Source of the DNA: Octopus sinensis
Taxonomy: Eukaryota
Assembly: GCF_006345805.1 (NCBI RefSeq)
Contig: NC_043016.1
Span: forward strand, 22,258,001 to 22,322,000
Direction: 5' to 3'
Length of the DNA: 64,000 nucleotides
The notes below the pieces were generated by a model. That model saw nothing but the letters and a program-made list of their open reading frames with translations. It did no database searches and was not told where the DNA came from. Of the stretch, positions 36,508-48,999 are shown piece after piece. The stretch's first letter is position 1; each line of letters begins with the position of its first letter. The position numbers and the translations under genes were made by a program.

Positions 36508-38306
36508 CTAGCAGTATCGCCCGGCGTTGCTCGGGTTTGTAAGGGAAATAACTATATAAGCATTTTTAGAGAGTTATAGCCAAAAAATAGCAAAAAATGC
36601 ATTAAAAATGGAAAAAATATGATGGTAAATTTTTTTTAAATCGTTGACTCATCGTAAGCATTTTTAGAGAGTTACTTCCCTTATATAATAGCGAAAAATG
36701 CATTAAAATGGAAAAAAAACGATGGTAAATTTTTTTTTAAATCGTAGACTCATGTAGACGCTTTCTTAGCCATTTCTGTTTTGGTGTCTTCAAGCCATGA
36801 AGTCGTTGTTCTAAAAGAACACTGGTCTCCTTGACAACGCATTACGACGTTGATTTCCTTACACTCCCTTCCCCACAGGTGCAGGTGTGAGCGTGGACGC
36901 CAACTCCGCCGCCATCGACACACGAAAACTTATGCATTAAAATGGAATAAAAAATTATGTTAAATTATTTTTAAAATCGTAGACTCATCGTAGACGCGCG
37001 CTAATATTCAGACGGGCTCGATATGAATCACGACTATAAGCTAACCGAATTTGGTTAACCTGTACTGCAAAATGTGGGAGTAGTTAGGAATCTAAATCGA
37101 AGGGGACAGATACTCACATAACTACAGTTTTATATATATAGATATACATAGCGCAGTAGTGGTGAGATATGACAGCAAAGAAAAGCATACATTCACTCTC
37201 TGCATGCAATTAGACTCGGAAAGTTCGTGAGGAACCCGTTGACCCCCAATTTGCTGACTTTTCCGATAGCACACAGGTGTCAATGAATGGTGAATGACCA
37301 AATCCAAGCTTCTCTGCTAGTTCCTCAACAGTTACGATGATATTTTGTTCCACCAGGTTTTCAGGATGTCCTTGTCGAGTTCTACAGATCTTTCAGGATG
37401 AGGCTCGTCTTCTAGGCTGTAGTTTATGGCTCGGGATTTCTGGAACCACCATTGACACTGCCTTACGCTTATTGTCCAATCCCCATATACTGCATTAATA
37501 TTTCTTGTACTTTGCACACATTTATATTCTGTTATTCTTTTATATGTTTCAGCCTTGAGGTTGTGGCCATGCTGGATCATGTGTGTGTGTGTGTGTGTGT
37601 GTCTATCTGTCTGTCTGTCTGTATGTATATATGTATATGTATGTGTGTGAACAATGATATTTTCAACATGTGTTGCAAATGTATCTGATTGTTCTCAAGC
37701 TTCAATACTGTGTGTGTGTGTGTATGTGTGTGTGTGTATGTATGTATGTATATGTATGTATGTATGTATATGTATGTATGTATGTGTGTATGTATGTATG
37801 TGTGTGTGTATGTATGTGTGTGTGTATGTATGTATGTATGTATGTATGTATGTATGTATGTATGTATGTATGTATGTATGTATGTATGATGGTATGTTTA
37901 CTTTATTACTAATTACTCTCTTCCAAGAACATTTTCACTCACTCTTAGCTCTTAGCTTCCCATACATTTTACTCATGTATCTATCAGCGTCATAGCAGAA
38001 TACTTTCACTTTAGTCTTCCTCAAATCACTCTGTCGCTATTTACTTTCATTTTATTCGTTGCCACTGTGTGTGTGCGTTTGCGTGTGGTGTAAACCAGAC
38101 TAGAAAAGCATTTGACACACACACAGAATGTGAGTTTTCTGTAAATTTGCTTAATTGGAGTTTAAATTTTAAAAACTGGACCTGACATGACGCGATGCAT
38201 TGTACTCTTAAAACTGCTAGGTAAATTGTATTGAAGAAATCCTATATTGTAGATTTGTATAACTCCCAGGAGGCAGATAAATAAATCTGCCTTTTATAAT
38301 AAGAGA
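36508..38306 (-). mobile_element. Composite Helitron with two TC 5' ends
   Basis: CTAG plus hairpin at 36508; inner TC end at 37142 (as in 19527-20039); outer TCTCTTATTATAAAAGG end at 38306; A|T target, no TSD. Confidence 0.75.
37300..37560 (-). mobile_element. Mariner 5' fragment (same family as 3341-4260)
   Basis: RNINAVYGDWTISVRQCQWWFQK..NYSLEDEPHPERSVELDKDIL. Confidence 0.8.
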
Positions 38307-39224
38307 TTCTATAGTTTGTAAGATATTTGTTGTTTTTTTCTGCAATTTCAACCAATCACTGACGTCTATTGAGGTAAAAAAAACCCATTCTGTGCCGTAT
38401 GAATATGCCCCACGTTTAAGAAACATTGGGTTTATTTACATTTGTGAAAAAAAAAAGATACCCTTCCCCCACCCCTAACCCTAACCCTAAAATAGATTGA
38501 AATGCAATAGATCGATACTAGGGTCATAATCATGGGTGATAATTTTATATGACACAGCTAGAAAAAACTGCCGTTCAAACCGAAAAGATCCGAGATAAGT
38601 TCACGATGACTTTTAAAAATCTTTGGAAGCGCTGAATTGAAGCTTGCACAATTTAAGAAATTCTGGATTATTAATCTGATTTATTACTCCTGTACCATGA
38701 GCTTTTCACCAGATTTTTGCCTGTCATTCGAAAAGGGCTCGGTTAATGTTTACTTTAACTCCTGGTCACAAAAAAAAGTGTAAGAGATGTAAAAAAATTG
38801 TGTATTAAACGAATAAGAAAATAAAAATTTGCGCTAACGAACCGGAGGTGTGGAGAGGACTTTTGGAAAATTCGCAAGATCCGATTTTTTCCTCATAACT
38901 TTTAGGAAAATGGATATCTTTTAATGAAATTTTATATAGATACCTTTCAAACGACATAGATTATGAATAAAAAGAAATTTGTGGGGAAAAAAATTTTCCG
39001 AGGGGGTGAGGAGGACTTTCGAAGAGAAAGAAATTCATAAATTTTTTTGAGTGTAATGGAAATGTTTGAAAAAAAAATTTAGATTCATTTATTTTTCGTT
39101 TGAGTAATAGAAAAAGGTTTTTAAAAAGATCCCAACAGTGGAGAAATGCTAAAAACAACAGCTAAATCGCCTTCAACTTTTTTTCCATAGTGAAACCAAA
39201 TTCAACATAGTATGTATTATGAAT

Positions 39225-41100
39225 TTGCTCTGCCAACTTCAACCCAACCCCAACCCTACACATCCACTCTCTTTCGTCTGGTCGAACTTGTCCTCTCACT
39301 CAACACTGCTTCTCATTCGCTGGTGATTTTTACCAGCAGATCTTGGGAGTGGCCATGGGAACGAGAATGGGCCACAACTATGCGAACCTGTTCATTGGCT
39401 ACGTTGAAGCTCAAATATTCTCAAGTTTCACTGGTCCCACTCCAAAACTATATGGCCGTTATATTGACGACTGTATCGGTGCAACCTCACCTTCCTGCGA
39501 CCATCTAGACTCCTTCCTCTCTTTTGTCAAATCTTTCCATCCTGCCCTCCACTTCTCCTGCACTATCTCTGACACTTCTGTCTTCTTTCTTGACATTTTG
39601 GTCAGCATTCATCACTCCACTCTCACCACCTCCATCCACTACAAACACACAGAGTCACACTCATACCTCCAACTTCTCCTCCTCCCACTCTAAACAGACC
39701 AAGCTTTCCATCCCCTATTCTCAGTTCCTCTGTCTACGCAAGATCTGTACTGACGACCATGACTTTGAGACTGAATCTCAGTTAATGGCTTGCCACTTCA
39801 TATCCCCTCACCACTATCCACAACGCACTTGCCAGGATCGTGCATCTGCTCCCATCCCCGCATCCGCCCTGCCGTCTCCCGTTTCTCCTCACTTACCACC
39901 CCATCACCCTACCGCTCCAACGCACCATTCTCCGAGCCTTCCGGCGACTCCAGTCCAACCCCTCTACTTCGCACATCTTCTCTAACCGACCCTTCCTCTC
40001 CTTCAAACGAGCCCACAACCCACGAGACCTCTTGGTCCACAGCTTCTTCCTTAACCCAACCTCTCAAACCAGCTCGTTCCCCTGCTCCTGCCCACGCTGC
40101 CGTACTTGCCCATACCTCTCTGGCACCCATCATCGACCCTATCATATCACCGACTCCGTCACCTGCACTTCTACCAGTGTCATCTACTGCTCTCTCTCTG
40201 TCCTTCTCTATACATTAGGCAAACGGGACGCCGCTAGGCTGACCGGTTCGCGGAATACCTCCGAGACATCCGACTCGGCAATGACACCTCGGTCCGCGCC
40301 ATTTTCGCTCTATCGGTCACTCTTTGCAACACTTGTCTGTGTCCTTGCACAGGGGCCATTCTGACTCCCGTTTGCGCCGTGAACAGGGATCTTCTTTCTT
40401 CGTTCCTTTGTGCCATATGGACTCAACTCTCCTCCCTCTCACACCTACTTCCTCCCACCCACCTCTCCTCTCTTGCTCCAACTCCTACTTCTCTTCTCCC
40501 TCCCTCGTAACCCCACCCCTACACAATCCAACCCCACCTTCCCTATCCATCCTATCCCACCTCCACCCCATCCCTTATACCCACTCCCACATACTCCACC
40601 TCTACCCCCACATTCAGCCTAACCCACACCCCACCATTGCTTTCCTCACTCTCACTTCCCCCACATCCCAACACCATCACACCAGACTACACCATACACT
40701 ATCCTACAACACAACACCACATCACACCACCACGCGTACACTAGCACTGACCACTTCCCAGTCCCACATCCACATACGCACACGTCTTGGTCACCAGCTC
40801 TCTTCGACACGCACACACATGCTCTCTTATACATACGCATGCGCACCTTCGTTTTGGGATCACCATTACTTTATTATCTCCCCTTCTTCCTAACTCTCCT
40901 GTGTGACCCCTCTGTCCGGCATTCGCCATGATGCATCGCTAGCCACTACACATTCTTTATTTTCTCTCCTTGTTTCTTTCTGTGTTCATTTCTATGGAAG
41001 AGCGTAGGCTCGAAACGTTAAAGATTTTTAAAGATTTTTTCACTTCCCGAGCGTTAAACTAACACATCCATTTGTTGTCTACACCATTTTTTTGTGAATT
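39225..41100 (+). mobile_element. 5'-truncated Neptune-like PLE (RT, Cys linker, GIY-YIG, pLTR)
   Basis: GVAMGTRMGHNYANLFIG, RYIDD, FLDI, SIPYSQFL.LRKIC, CSCPRCRTCPY, VIYC, TGRR.ADRFAEYLRDIR; frameshifted. Confidence 0.9.
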
Positions 41101-41128
41101 CTCCCCTCTATATATATATATATATATA

Positions 41129-41790
41129 TCTTATATAAAATCCGTTCTGTGTGCGTTTGTGTGTGTGTGTGTCTTCTCGGATCTCGGGCATCCTCCATCC
41201 GATTGCGCTCAAATTTGATATGTAGATACCGACGGTATCAGAGCGTGTATAAGTCTTTAAAAAATTACAAAAATTGATTCCAGGTGAGAATGCGATCGAT
41301 AAAGCCGTGGGAAATCGATTTTCTTTGGTTGCACAATCGACTATATGACGCTGATAGGAGTTTCCACCCTCAACACCAAGCATGCATATTTCATACACAG
41401 TCGATCATTTTTATTTCTTTTTCTTCTATTGTTGAGTGCCAAACAAATTTGCCAAACTCAATTTAGTTATCTCCCTTTACAGTCTGAGGCGACGCAGGTC
41501 ATTGATACCGTCGGACTGTGTTTACCCGGTGAAACACGTTCAATTTCCTATTCGCCTGAGCTTCGCGATGACCATCAACAAAGCACAGGGGCAGTCATTG
41601 AAAGTTGTGGGGTTGGACCTCAGCACTCCTTGCTTTTCGCACGGACAACTGTATGTGGCTGTTCGACAAACCTTTTCTACTACGCTCCGGACGGAGTAAC
41701 AAGGAATGTGGTTTACAAGGCTGCCCTCCATTAGCTTTTCCATGTCCTTGAACATCCCGTAAAGTAACTTAGCTTAAAATTAGTTACTTA
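41129..41790 (+). mobile_element. Non-autonomous Helitron retaining the PIF1-like helicase C-terminus
   Basis: TCTTATATAAAA start; [40 protein letters not shown] then TRNVVYK; terminal hairpin aagtaact/agttactt. Confidence 0.85.
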
Positions 41791-42336
41791 GTTCCCTAGG
41801 TTGTTGCTTTTCATCAAAAATCGCCCAAAGTTGATCTCGTACATATTTTATCGGATAAACTTATTATTGTCCGAGGTACGTTCTCATAAATTCATGATGC
41901 ATTTCCATCTAGATTTACCTCCAGCTAACCCGTTTGCATGCATCGTTTTTGTCTTGCTATTCTTCCGTCAACCTGTACATAACTGCACCTTCCATTTTTT
42001 GTTATTTTTGTACTGCTTAAAGGCACGTTTCTTTCCTGCCAAGCTTACTTTAAACCATGTTTGTGTTCTCCCAGTCACAGCCTTATCATTACTGGTACTT
42101 TAACTCTTCGGTTGCATATTTGTGTGAATAAAATCGTTTTTCTTTGCAATAGAAAAAAGTTTATCTTTATTTCTTCTTTTGCTGGTATCTCACATTTAGG
42201 TTAAATCAGTGTTTCTCAAAGGGAGGCCTATGGGACGGTCGGACAAAAAGCTGTTTTGAGAAAATTTGGTTTAAAAACGTTTGACAACTCAGCCCGTCCA
42301 TTGGACGGGGGGGGGCGTTTTGCTCATATGTATATA

Positions 42337-42369
<33 letters not shown>

Positions 42370-42570
42370 ATATATATAATATATATATACTACAAAATTA
42401 GAAAATGGAGAACATACTTAAATCAATCAAACATCAATCAACAGATGATACCCAATCAATACTTTATTACACCATTACATAACAGTAAAGGCATTATACA
42501 AAATATATTGTAAATATTAGACAAGAAATAGAAATATAAAATATAAAATATAATATGTAATTATATCATA

Positions 42571-42681
42571 TCTGACAGCTGTTTCGGCAGTAAAGGCAAG
42601 CATGCCTCATTTAACCTATAAGCCATATAAGGCAGGTATAAATGAGACATTAACAAGGATGCCCCACGGCCTCTTCAGAGA
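42571..42681 (-). ncRNA. Type I hammerhead ribozyme, long branched or extended stem II
   Basis: ucu-CUGAAGA-ggc...gcc-GAAAC-agcu-GUC^aga; internal hairpin cucauuua/uaaaugag. Confidence 0.8.
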
Positions 42682-43049
42682 ATTTAATTTATTATAAGTG
42701 TGAAAAAAATTTTTTTTATATACATATAAATATAAAAATATAAAATATAAAAACGTGTGCATAGACACCCATAATACTACACATATATATATATATATAC
42801 TCATTAATACAATAATACAAAATAAACAAAACAAAATAAAACAAAATATATATCAATATATATTAATAAACACAGTTATTCTACATATTGGGCTAATAGT
42901 TCTAAAAACTAACACACAGGAAAATATATGTACACTCACATTTAAATTAAAATCAGACCTATACATGAAAAATAATAATAAAAATAAAAGAACACAGTTC
43001 AGTTCATAAAATTATAAACCTGTAAAAGTCAATAAAAATTATTATTGAT

Positions 43050-43083
<34 letters not shown>

Positions 43084-43214
43084 GATACAATTGTGTCTGT
43101 ACCAAGTACATCCATCGGACATCGACATATCTATGAGTTATATATATATATATATATATATATTAGAATATATATATGTATGTATATATATATAATATAT
43201 ATATATTATATATA

Positions 43215-43252
<38 letters not shown>

Positions 43253-43287
43253 ATATATATATATATATAATATATAATGTATGTATG

Positions 43288-43324
<37 letters not shown>

Positions 43325-43455
43325 TAATAAAAGGAATTCCAACCTTGTCTGATTTTCACGTTTTATTTACAATCTTATAATGATATAATATAAGATTATA
43401 TAATTATAATAAAAAAATAACATATAATAATAGAATGTTAAATGTTCATTCTGAT

Positions 43456-43500
43456 TGAACTAGAACTTTCATGCATTAAATTATGCAATCTTCAGGTTCA
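43456..43500 (-). ncRNA. Minimal hammerhead ribozyme (left arm)
   Basis: ugaac-CUGAAGA-uugcau aauuua augcau-GAAA-guuc-UA^guuca. Confidence 0.65.
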
Positions 43501-43640
43501 TGTAGTAGTGGTGACAGTCATGCTTCACACATTTTTGACTGTAGCGAGATGGTTAAATCTGTGCCTTAAACTATCTCTTAAGCCATTTATCCGTCTCGCT
43601 ACAGTCAAAATTGTGAAGCATGACTGTCACCACTACTACA

Positions 43641-43684
43641 TGAACCTGAAGATTGCAGAATTTATGCAGGAAAGTACTAGTTCA
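43641..43684 (+). ncRNA. Minimal hammerhead ribozyme (right arm)
   Basis: ugaac-CUGAAGA-uugca gaauuua ugcag-GAAA-guac-UA^guuca; palindromic AGUACU stem III. Confidence 0.78.
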
Positions 43685-43839
43685 CAGAATGAACATTTAA
43701 CATTCTACTATTTTATTTATTCTATTATATTATATATATTACATTATATCATTATAAGATTGTAAATACAACGGGAAAATCAGACAAGGTTGGAATTCTT
43801 TTATTAAAATATTCTTCTATACACAATCACAACACACCC

Positions 43840-43894
43840 GTATATATATCTATATCTATCTATCTATCTATCTATCTATATATATATATATATA

Positions 43895-43937
<43 letters not shown>

Positions 43938-43950
43938 ATATCTATATATA

Positions 43951-43983
<33 letters not shown>

Positions 43984-44060
43984 ATGTATATATGTATATA
44001 TATAATATATATATTATATATATATATGTATATATATGTATGTATGTATATGTATATATG

Positions 44061-44140
<80 letters not shown>

Positions 44141-44145
44141 ATATA
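43840..44145. repeat. Long (TA)n/(ATGT)n microsatellite, one of many in the window
   Basis: Direct reading; similar tracts at about 10657, 23280, 31115, 34760, 37580, 43140 and 63720. Confidence 0.95.
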
Positions 44146-44242
44146 GTTAATCCAAACAAGAAAACACAGAAAAAGAGAAAATACAGCCGCAGGACGTGGA
44201 ACAATTAAAGTATTATTGACGCTCAGGAAAGAAGGGAAGGAG

Positions 44243-44276
44243 GTTTAACGTTTCGAGCGGAGCTCTTCGTCGGAAC
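44243..44276 (-). ncRNA. Minimal hammerhead-like motif with CCGACGA core
   Basis: guu-CCGACGA-a-gagc ucc gcuc-GAAAC-GUUA^aac; palindromic AACGUU. Confidence 0.55.
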
Positions 44277-44687
44277 AAAGGATAAGGAAAGGTCCCAAGG
44301 AGGAAGACAGAGGAGAAAATATTTGAGCTGGTGGTGCTTAAGAGATCACATGTTGAAAGAACAGAATTTGGAGGTAGTTGAAATATGGTATTATAATGCA
44401 AGAGAGTTCCAAAAAAAGAATGCCTGTGTGTGTGTGTGTGTGTGTGTGCAAGATGACAAGTGTGTTGTGCGTGCGTGTGTGTGTGGTATTTTTGGTGAAT
44501 AAGGCAATGACAAAGCCAGCTGTCGTGATGACTGCTAGCTGTTTGTGTCAAGCCAGGTCAAAGCCTGGTCAAAAAACAAAGGACTATATGTATCATGTGT
44601 GTATGTTGTTTGTAGTGTGTGTGTGTGTGTGTGTGCATGTGTGTGTTCGTGTGTGTATGCGTAGAGTGTGGGTGTATGTATGTATAA

Positions 44688-44729
<42 letters not shown>

Positions 44730-44890
44730 GTAAATATATAAATCTTCAGTTAAATATATTCTATGAAAATATTATATACTAAACTTACAGTGAGTGCTCT
44801 TTTGTATGAAATTATTGATACTATTACAATATTTATACATTTAATACGAGTGGTTATATATAATATATTGTTAATAATATCAGGAAATTA

Positions 44891-45847
44891 ATATCAGAAA
44901 ATTCTTCAGAAAGATATATACATGTGTAGAATAATTATTGTATTAAAAATATAAATATATGTAAATATATATAAGCATAAATATATGATAGATGTGACAG
45001 TTTGAAATTTAATAGATTAAAATTAAGTTTTTAAAGCATCTTACGATCGTTTCGCAAAAGTTTTGTCTCTATAATGGAATCCTATATTGATAAACATTTA
45101 TAGACAATACTTCTGCTCCTCAGAGATATAAAATGTGAGGTTTGTATAATTTATCAAATGGTAGTTTTTTTTTAAATAAGAAGTAATATGGGAAAATGGT
45201 GTTTGTTTGAAATATAAATTAAAAGTTACTGTTTTTGATTTTGGTAAGAGCACTTTAGTATGAGAATCTTGAAATACTCATATGCCTCCTTGGTAAGTCT
45301 TCTGCAGTAATCCATAATTAAATTTGTATAATTTATTTCTTTATTGCCCACAAGGAGCGTACATAGACGGAACAATACAAGACGTGTGGGACATATTAAA
45401 AAAATTTTTTAATTATGACAATATGAACGAAAAATGAAAATGAAAAATGGAAATGGATCTACTCTCCCCACTTTCGAGCAGCCCTGTTTTCTACCTTTTA
45501 AAACCGATCCTTCTAACATGTCAAAGCTCGTTTCCTCTAATAGCCTATCATAAGTTGTGTAACTTGGAAGTAAGTCCCAGTCGTAGTCCAACTCCCATGA
45601 ACTATAACCGTCTTTAAACGTACGTATTATCTCCTCATGTTCTTCAGGATTCCATCATAGAGACAATGTTTTTGCGAAACGATCGTAAGATGTTTTAAAA
45701 ACCTAATTTTAAACTATTAAATTTTAAACTGTCATGTTTATTATATATTTATACTTATACATATTTACATATATTTATATATATTTATATTTCTAATACA
45801 ATAATTATTTTACACATTTATATGTCTTTCTGAAGAATTTTCTGATA
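44891..45847 (-). mobile_element. Element bounded by ~195-bp inverted pLTRs
   Basis: 44891-45083 vs 45646-45847; complete hammerhead on the left, partial on the right. Confidence 0.75.
45038..45127 (-). ncRNA. Type I hammerhead ribozyme, extended stem II
   Basis: aucu-CUGAGGA-gcagaag...cuuuugc-GAAAC-gauc-GUA^agau. Confidence 0.85.
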
Positions 45848-46244
45848 TATATATATATATACATAATAGAAATATGTTACAAAAAGAAAATAGAAACTAC
45901 ACATGGAAATGTAAGGGGAAAGTAAGAAAACTAAACGAGAACGCACATTATAAATCAAAAACTATTCATTGCTTTGAATGCACCGGTGTGCATTCAAAGC
46001 AATGAATAGTTGTATTCAAAGCATTGATTAATAAATTACGAAACCTGTATGCTCGAATCACTTTAACAATTCACAATAATGACTATTATTACTTTTATTC
46101 CTACCTCAGTTCATCAAATTGTGTATATCTTTCATTACTTTTCATAGAAAGCCTTTACTTTTTTGATTTACAATGTGCATTTTCGTTTATTTTTCTTATC
46201 CCCCCCCCTATATATATATATATTTATATCTGTATATATTTGGG

Positions 46245-46440
46245 GGGGGTGAGCTTGTCCCCCAGTATCCCTTGACAACCGATGTTGGTTTGTTTACGTC
46301 CCCATAACTTAGCGGTCCGGCAAAGAGAGCGATAGAATAAGTACTAGGCTTACTAAAGAAAATGTGCTGGAGTTGACTTCTTCGACTGAAGACGGTGCTC
46401 CAGCATGGCCGCAATCAGATGACTAAAATAAATAAAAGAA
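46245..46440 (+). mobile_element. SINE family A 3' half
   Basis: ttgacaaccgatgttggt...gaataagtactaggc...gctccagcatggccgca. Confidence 0.8.
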
Positions 46441-47381
46441 TACACACACATACATATACATTTGCATCTTATGTATACATATACATATATATATATGTAT
46501 ATATATGTATGTATATATATATATATGTATATATATTTATGTGTGTATATGTATGTTTGTGTGTGTGTGCATATATTAAATGCATGTGTGTGTGTATTCT
46601 TTAGCAGCTCAACTATATTTTTAACATACAAAAGATAATGCAACGGAAAGAGAGGGAGAATCATTTGTGAGCGACGTATGTCAATAGAAGTGACTTGGGT
46701 ATTATAAAACGAGACGAGTTTTACACTCAGCACTTTGAACGGTCTAAAATTTGAAATATTTAAATAGTACACCATTTTTGTGAGAAAAATTTAACCAGAA
46801 TCGAATTTTGTAATCTTCGAAATACATAGTGACTACTATTCTCTTTGATGACTATCTTTACTACATTTGAGCATTTATTGAAATCTGAATTACTTTCACT
46901 GATACACCTTTTTTTTTCTTTTTCTAATTGACCTATTTATGCCCTTACGATTTTATATGGCGCGAAAACTGAAACCGTTTCTACTCACAAAATTAATAAA
47001 ACAATAAAATCAACGAAAGTGAAAGATAGAGCGTAAGAAAAAGACAAGGGACTCTGAAGAAAATTGAAATTAAAATATCAGCCGAAAATTTGTTTATCTC
47101 TATCCTTCGAAGTAACAAATGTTAAATAGTTTTAGTCACTTGTCTCGACATTGAAAATGAAAGAAAAGATAATAGTTGTTAAATGTGTTTTACGGTGATA
47201 AAATTTCAAGACTTAAGTGTTTTGTCGAGATTTGAAAAGGATTATCATTATAGATGGATTGGCAAGAGCAATAAATAGATTAAATGTTTTCCGGAATCTA
47301 GTTTCCTCTTACTGTATGCTAAATGAAAAGTTGACTTTTTCACTTCCTCACAGCGGGGTTGATAAAATAATAATAAGTCAA

Positions 47382-47473
47382 GTACTCCTATGTATAGTTT
47401 TGTACCAGTTTAAGAATCATTATAAATGTACTCCTATGTATAGTTTTGTACTAGTTTAAGAATCATTATAAAT
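47382..47473. repeat. 46-bp tandem duplication
   Basis: gtactcctatgtatagttttgtac(c/t)agtttaagaatcattataaat x2. Confidence 0.9.
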
Positions 47474-47539
47474 ATGAGTTTTTCTTTCTTTTTTTTTAAT
47501 ACTTTCTCCATCGCGAGAAAGAAACAGTGCCCATAGCTT

Positions 47540-47850
47540 TGACAAGACCTTCTAGACCGGTGAGATCAATAAGATTTAGTGTTCCTTTTGTAAGTCAATA
47601 CCTGCGGAAAAGATTTGAGAAACGAGGGAACTCTATAGGGGCAATATTCTAGGACTAGGTGTTGTTATTGACCCAGGGCCGAGGAAGATCGACACAATAA
47701 AAGTAATGAGAGGAGGGGAGACGAGTAAGACAGGAATGCATAAGTAGACGTGTTATGAGCCCGAAAACCAGTTCAGAGGAGTAGAGGTCATTATAGTGGT
47801 GGTTTAATAAACAGAGAGGAGGCAATACACCTGTTGTCAAAAGTTAAAGC
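47540..47850 (-). mobile_element. Possible L2/Daphne-type LINE 3' fragment
   Basis: YSSEL..TRLPSSHYFYCVDLP-like tail followed by a decayed NSLP..FP..DL segment. Confidence 0.45.
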
Positions 47851-48094
47851 ATGTCTATGTGACTGTAAAGGCAGTAGTTGTAGCTTGTCTCTTTGTCACT
47901 TGAAAAAAAGGCATGAACCGAGTGCCGTCATATTATCTTTCTAACACTTCAACTTTGATGAAGCCAAATCGCTTCTCATTTTGAATTCATGATTAGAGCT
48001 ATTTTATTAGAGATTTATTGTTGGTTCTTGTGGAAGAAAAAGCCCTCTCAGGTTCAAATCTACAAACTTATTTGTTGATATGTTGAAGAGATTA

Positions 48095-48440
48095 TGGAGC
48101 AAGTTAGCAGAATCGTTAGTCCGCCAGGTGAAGAGCTTAGCAGTATTTCATTTGTCTTTATGTTCTGAGTTCAAATCCACCTCGGTCATCTTTGCCTTTT
48201 ATCCTTTTGGGATCGATAAATTAAGTACCAGTTCAATTCTGGGGTTGATGTAATCAACTTATCCCCTCCCCCGAAGCAAACTAGCAGAATTGTTAGCATG
48301 CCGAGCAAAATGCTTAGTGGTACTTCATCTGTCATTATGCTCTGAGTTCAAATCCCACTGAGGTCAGCTTTGCTTTTCATCCTTTCAGAGTCAACAAACC
48401 GACTTATCCCATCCTCTGAAATTGCTGGCCTTGTGTCATA
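48095..48440 (+). mobile_element. Two tandem SINE family C copies
   Basis: tagcagaat(c/t)gttag...tctgagttcaaatcc...tttgc(c/t)tttt(c)atcc twice. Confidence 0.75.
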
Positions 48441-48573
48441 ATTTGAAGCCAATATCTTGAACAGATTGACTTTGTCAAGTGGATCTATTGCATGAAAATT
48501 AAAGTACTGAATATCGTTTCCAACAAGTCTACAACTATAAGACATTGAAATGCAATGTTACATCACACCTGAA

Positions 48574-48999
48574 CAGCTGTGGATTAACGATCAGGCAAAG
48601 TAAGCCTGTGTTTAGGGTATCAAGGGAAGGTAGGAGAACTATAGAAATGGTAAATGGTTTACAGCACAAAAGAAATCACTTCAAATTTACGAAAATAATA
48701 TCCAGGATGCCTTTATCTCTACTAAGTATAGATGCAGATGTGTTAACTAAGATTAATTTCGAGGATTTGATCAAAGACTTTGCAATTCAAAAAAGCAGGA
48801 GGAAACTTTTCAAATATAATCGAAGTGGAAGTATACTAAAATAAACATTATTTTTCCTCTTTCTGTTTTGTTTCATTTTGAAAAATAAAAATTTATTTTA
48901 TGGTTTGCTATTGTTTATATTTTGAATTACATAATCTTTTATGGGGGCACCAAAATCTTTTAAGTGCTTAGGGCCTCGATGGGTCTTAATCCAGCCCAA
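48574..48999 (+). mobile_element. hAT-derived MITE with dimerisation-domain relic
   Basis: SLLSIDADVLTKINFEDLIKDFAIQKSRRK; right TIR gatgggtcttaatccagccc; same family as 24880-25283. Confidence 0.78.

Larger units (their letters stand above)
36385..38591. mobile_element. TTAGGG-type MITE split by a Helitron insertion
   Basis: Left half 36385-36507, right half 38307-38591; joining gives gagaaaa|ttctatag as in the intact copy near 27910. Confidence 0.88.
43323..43806. repeat. ~230-bp-arm palindrome embedded in (TA)n
   Basis: 43323-43560 vs 43585-43806, high identity, ~24-nt spacer. Confidence 0.92.

Noticed and set aside
40990-41025. Hammerhead-like motif in the Neptune-like pLTR (CUAUGGA..gagc guag gcuc GAAACGUUA)
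   Set aside because: Core deviates at G5 and A6, so it is probably a dead copy
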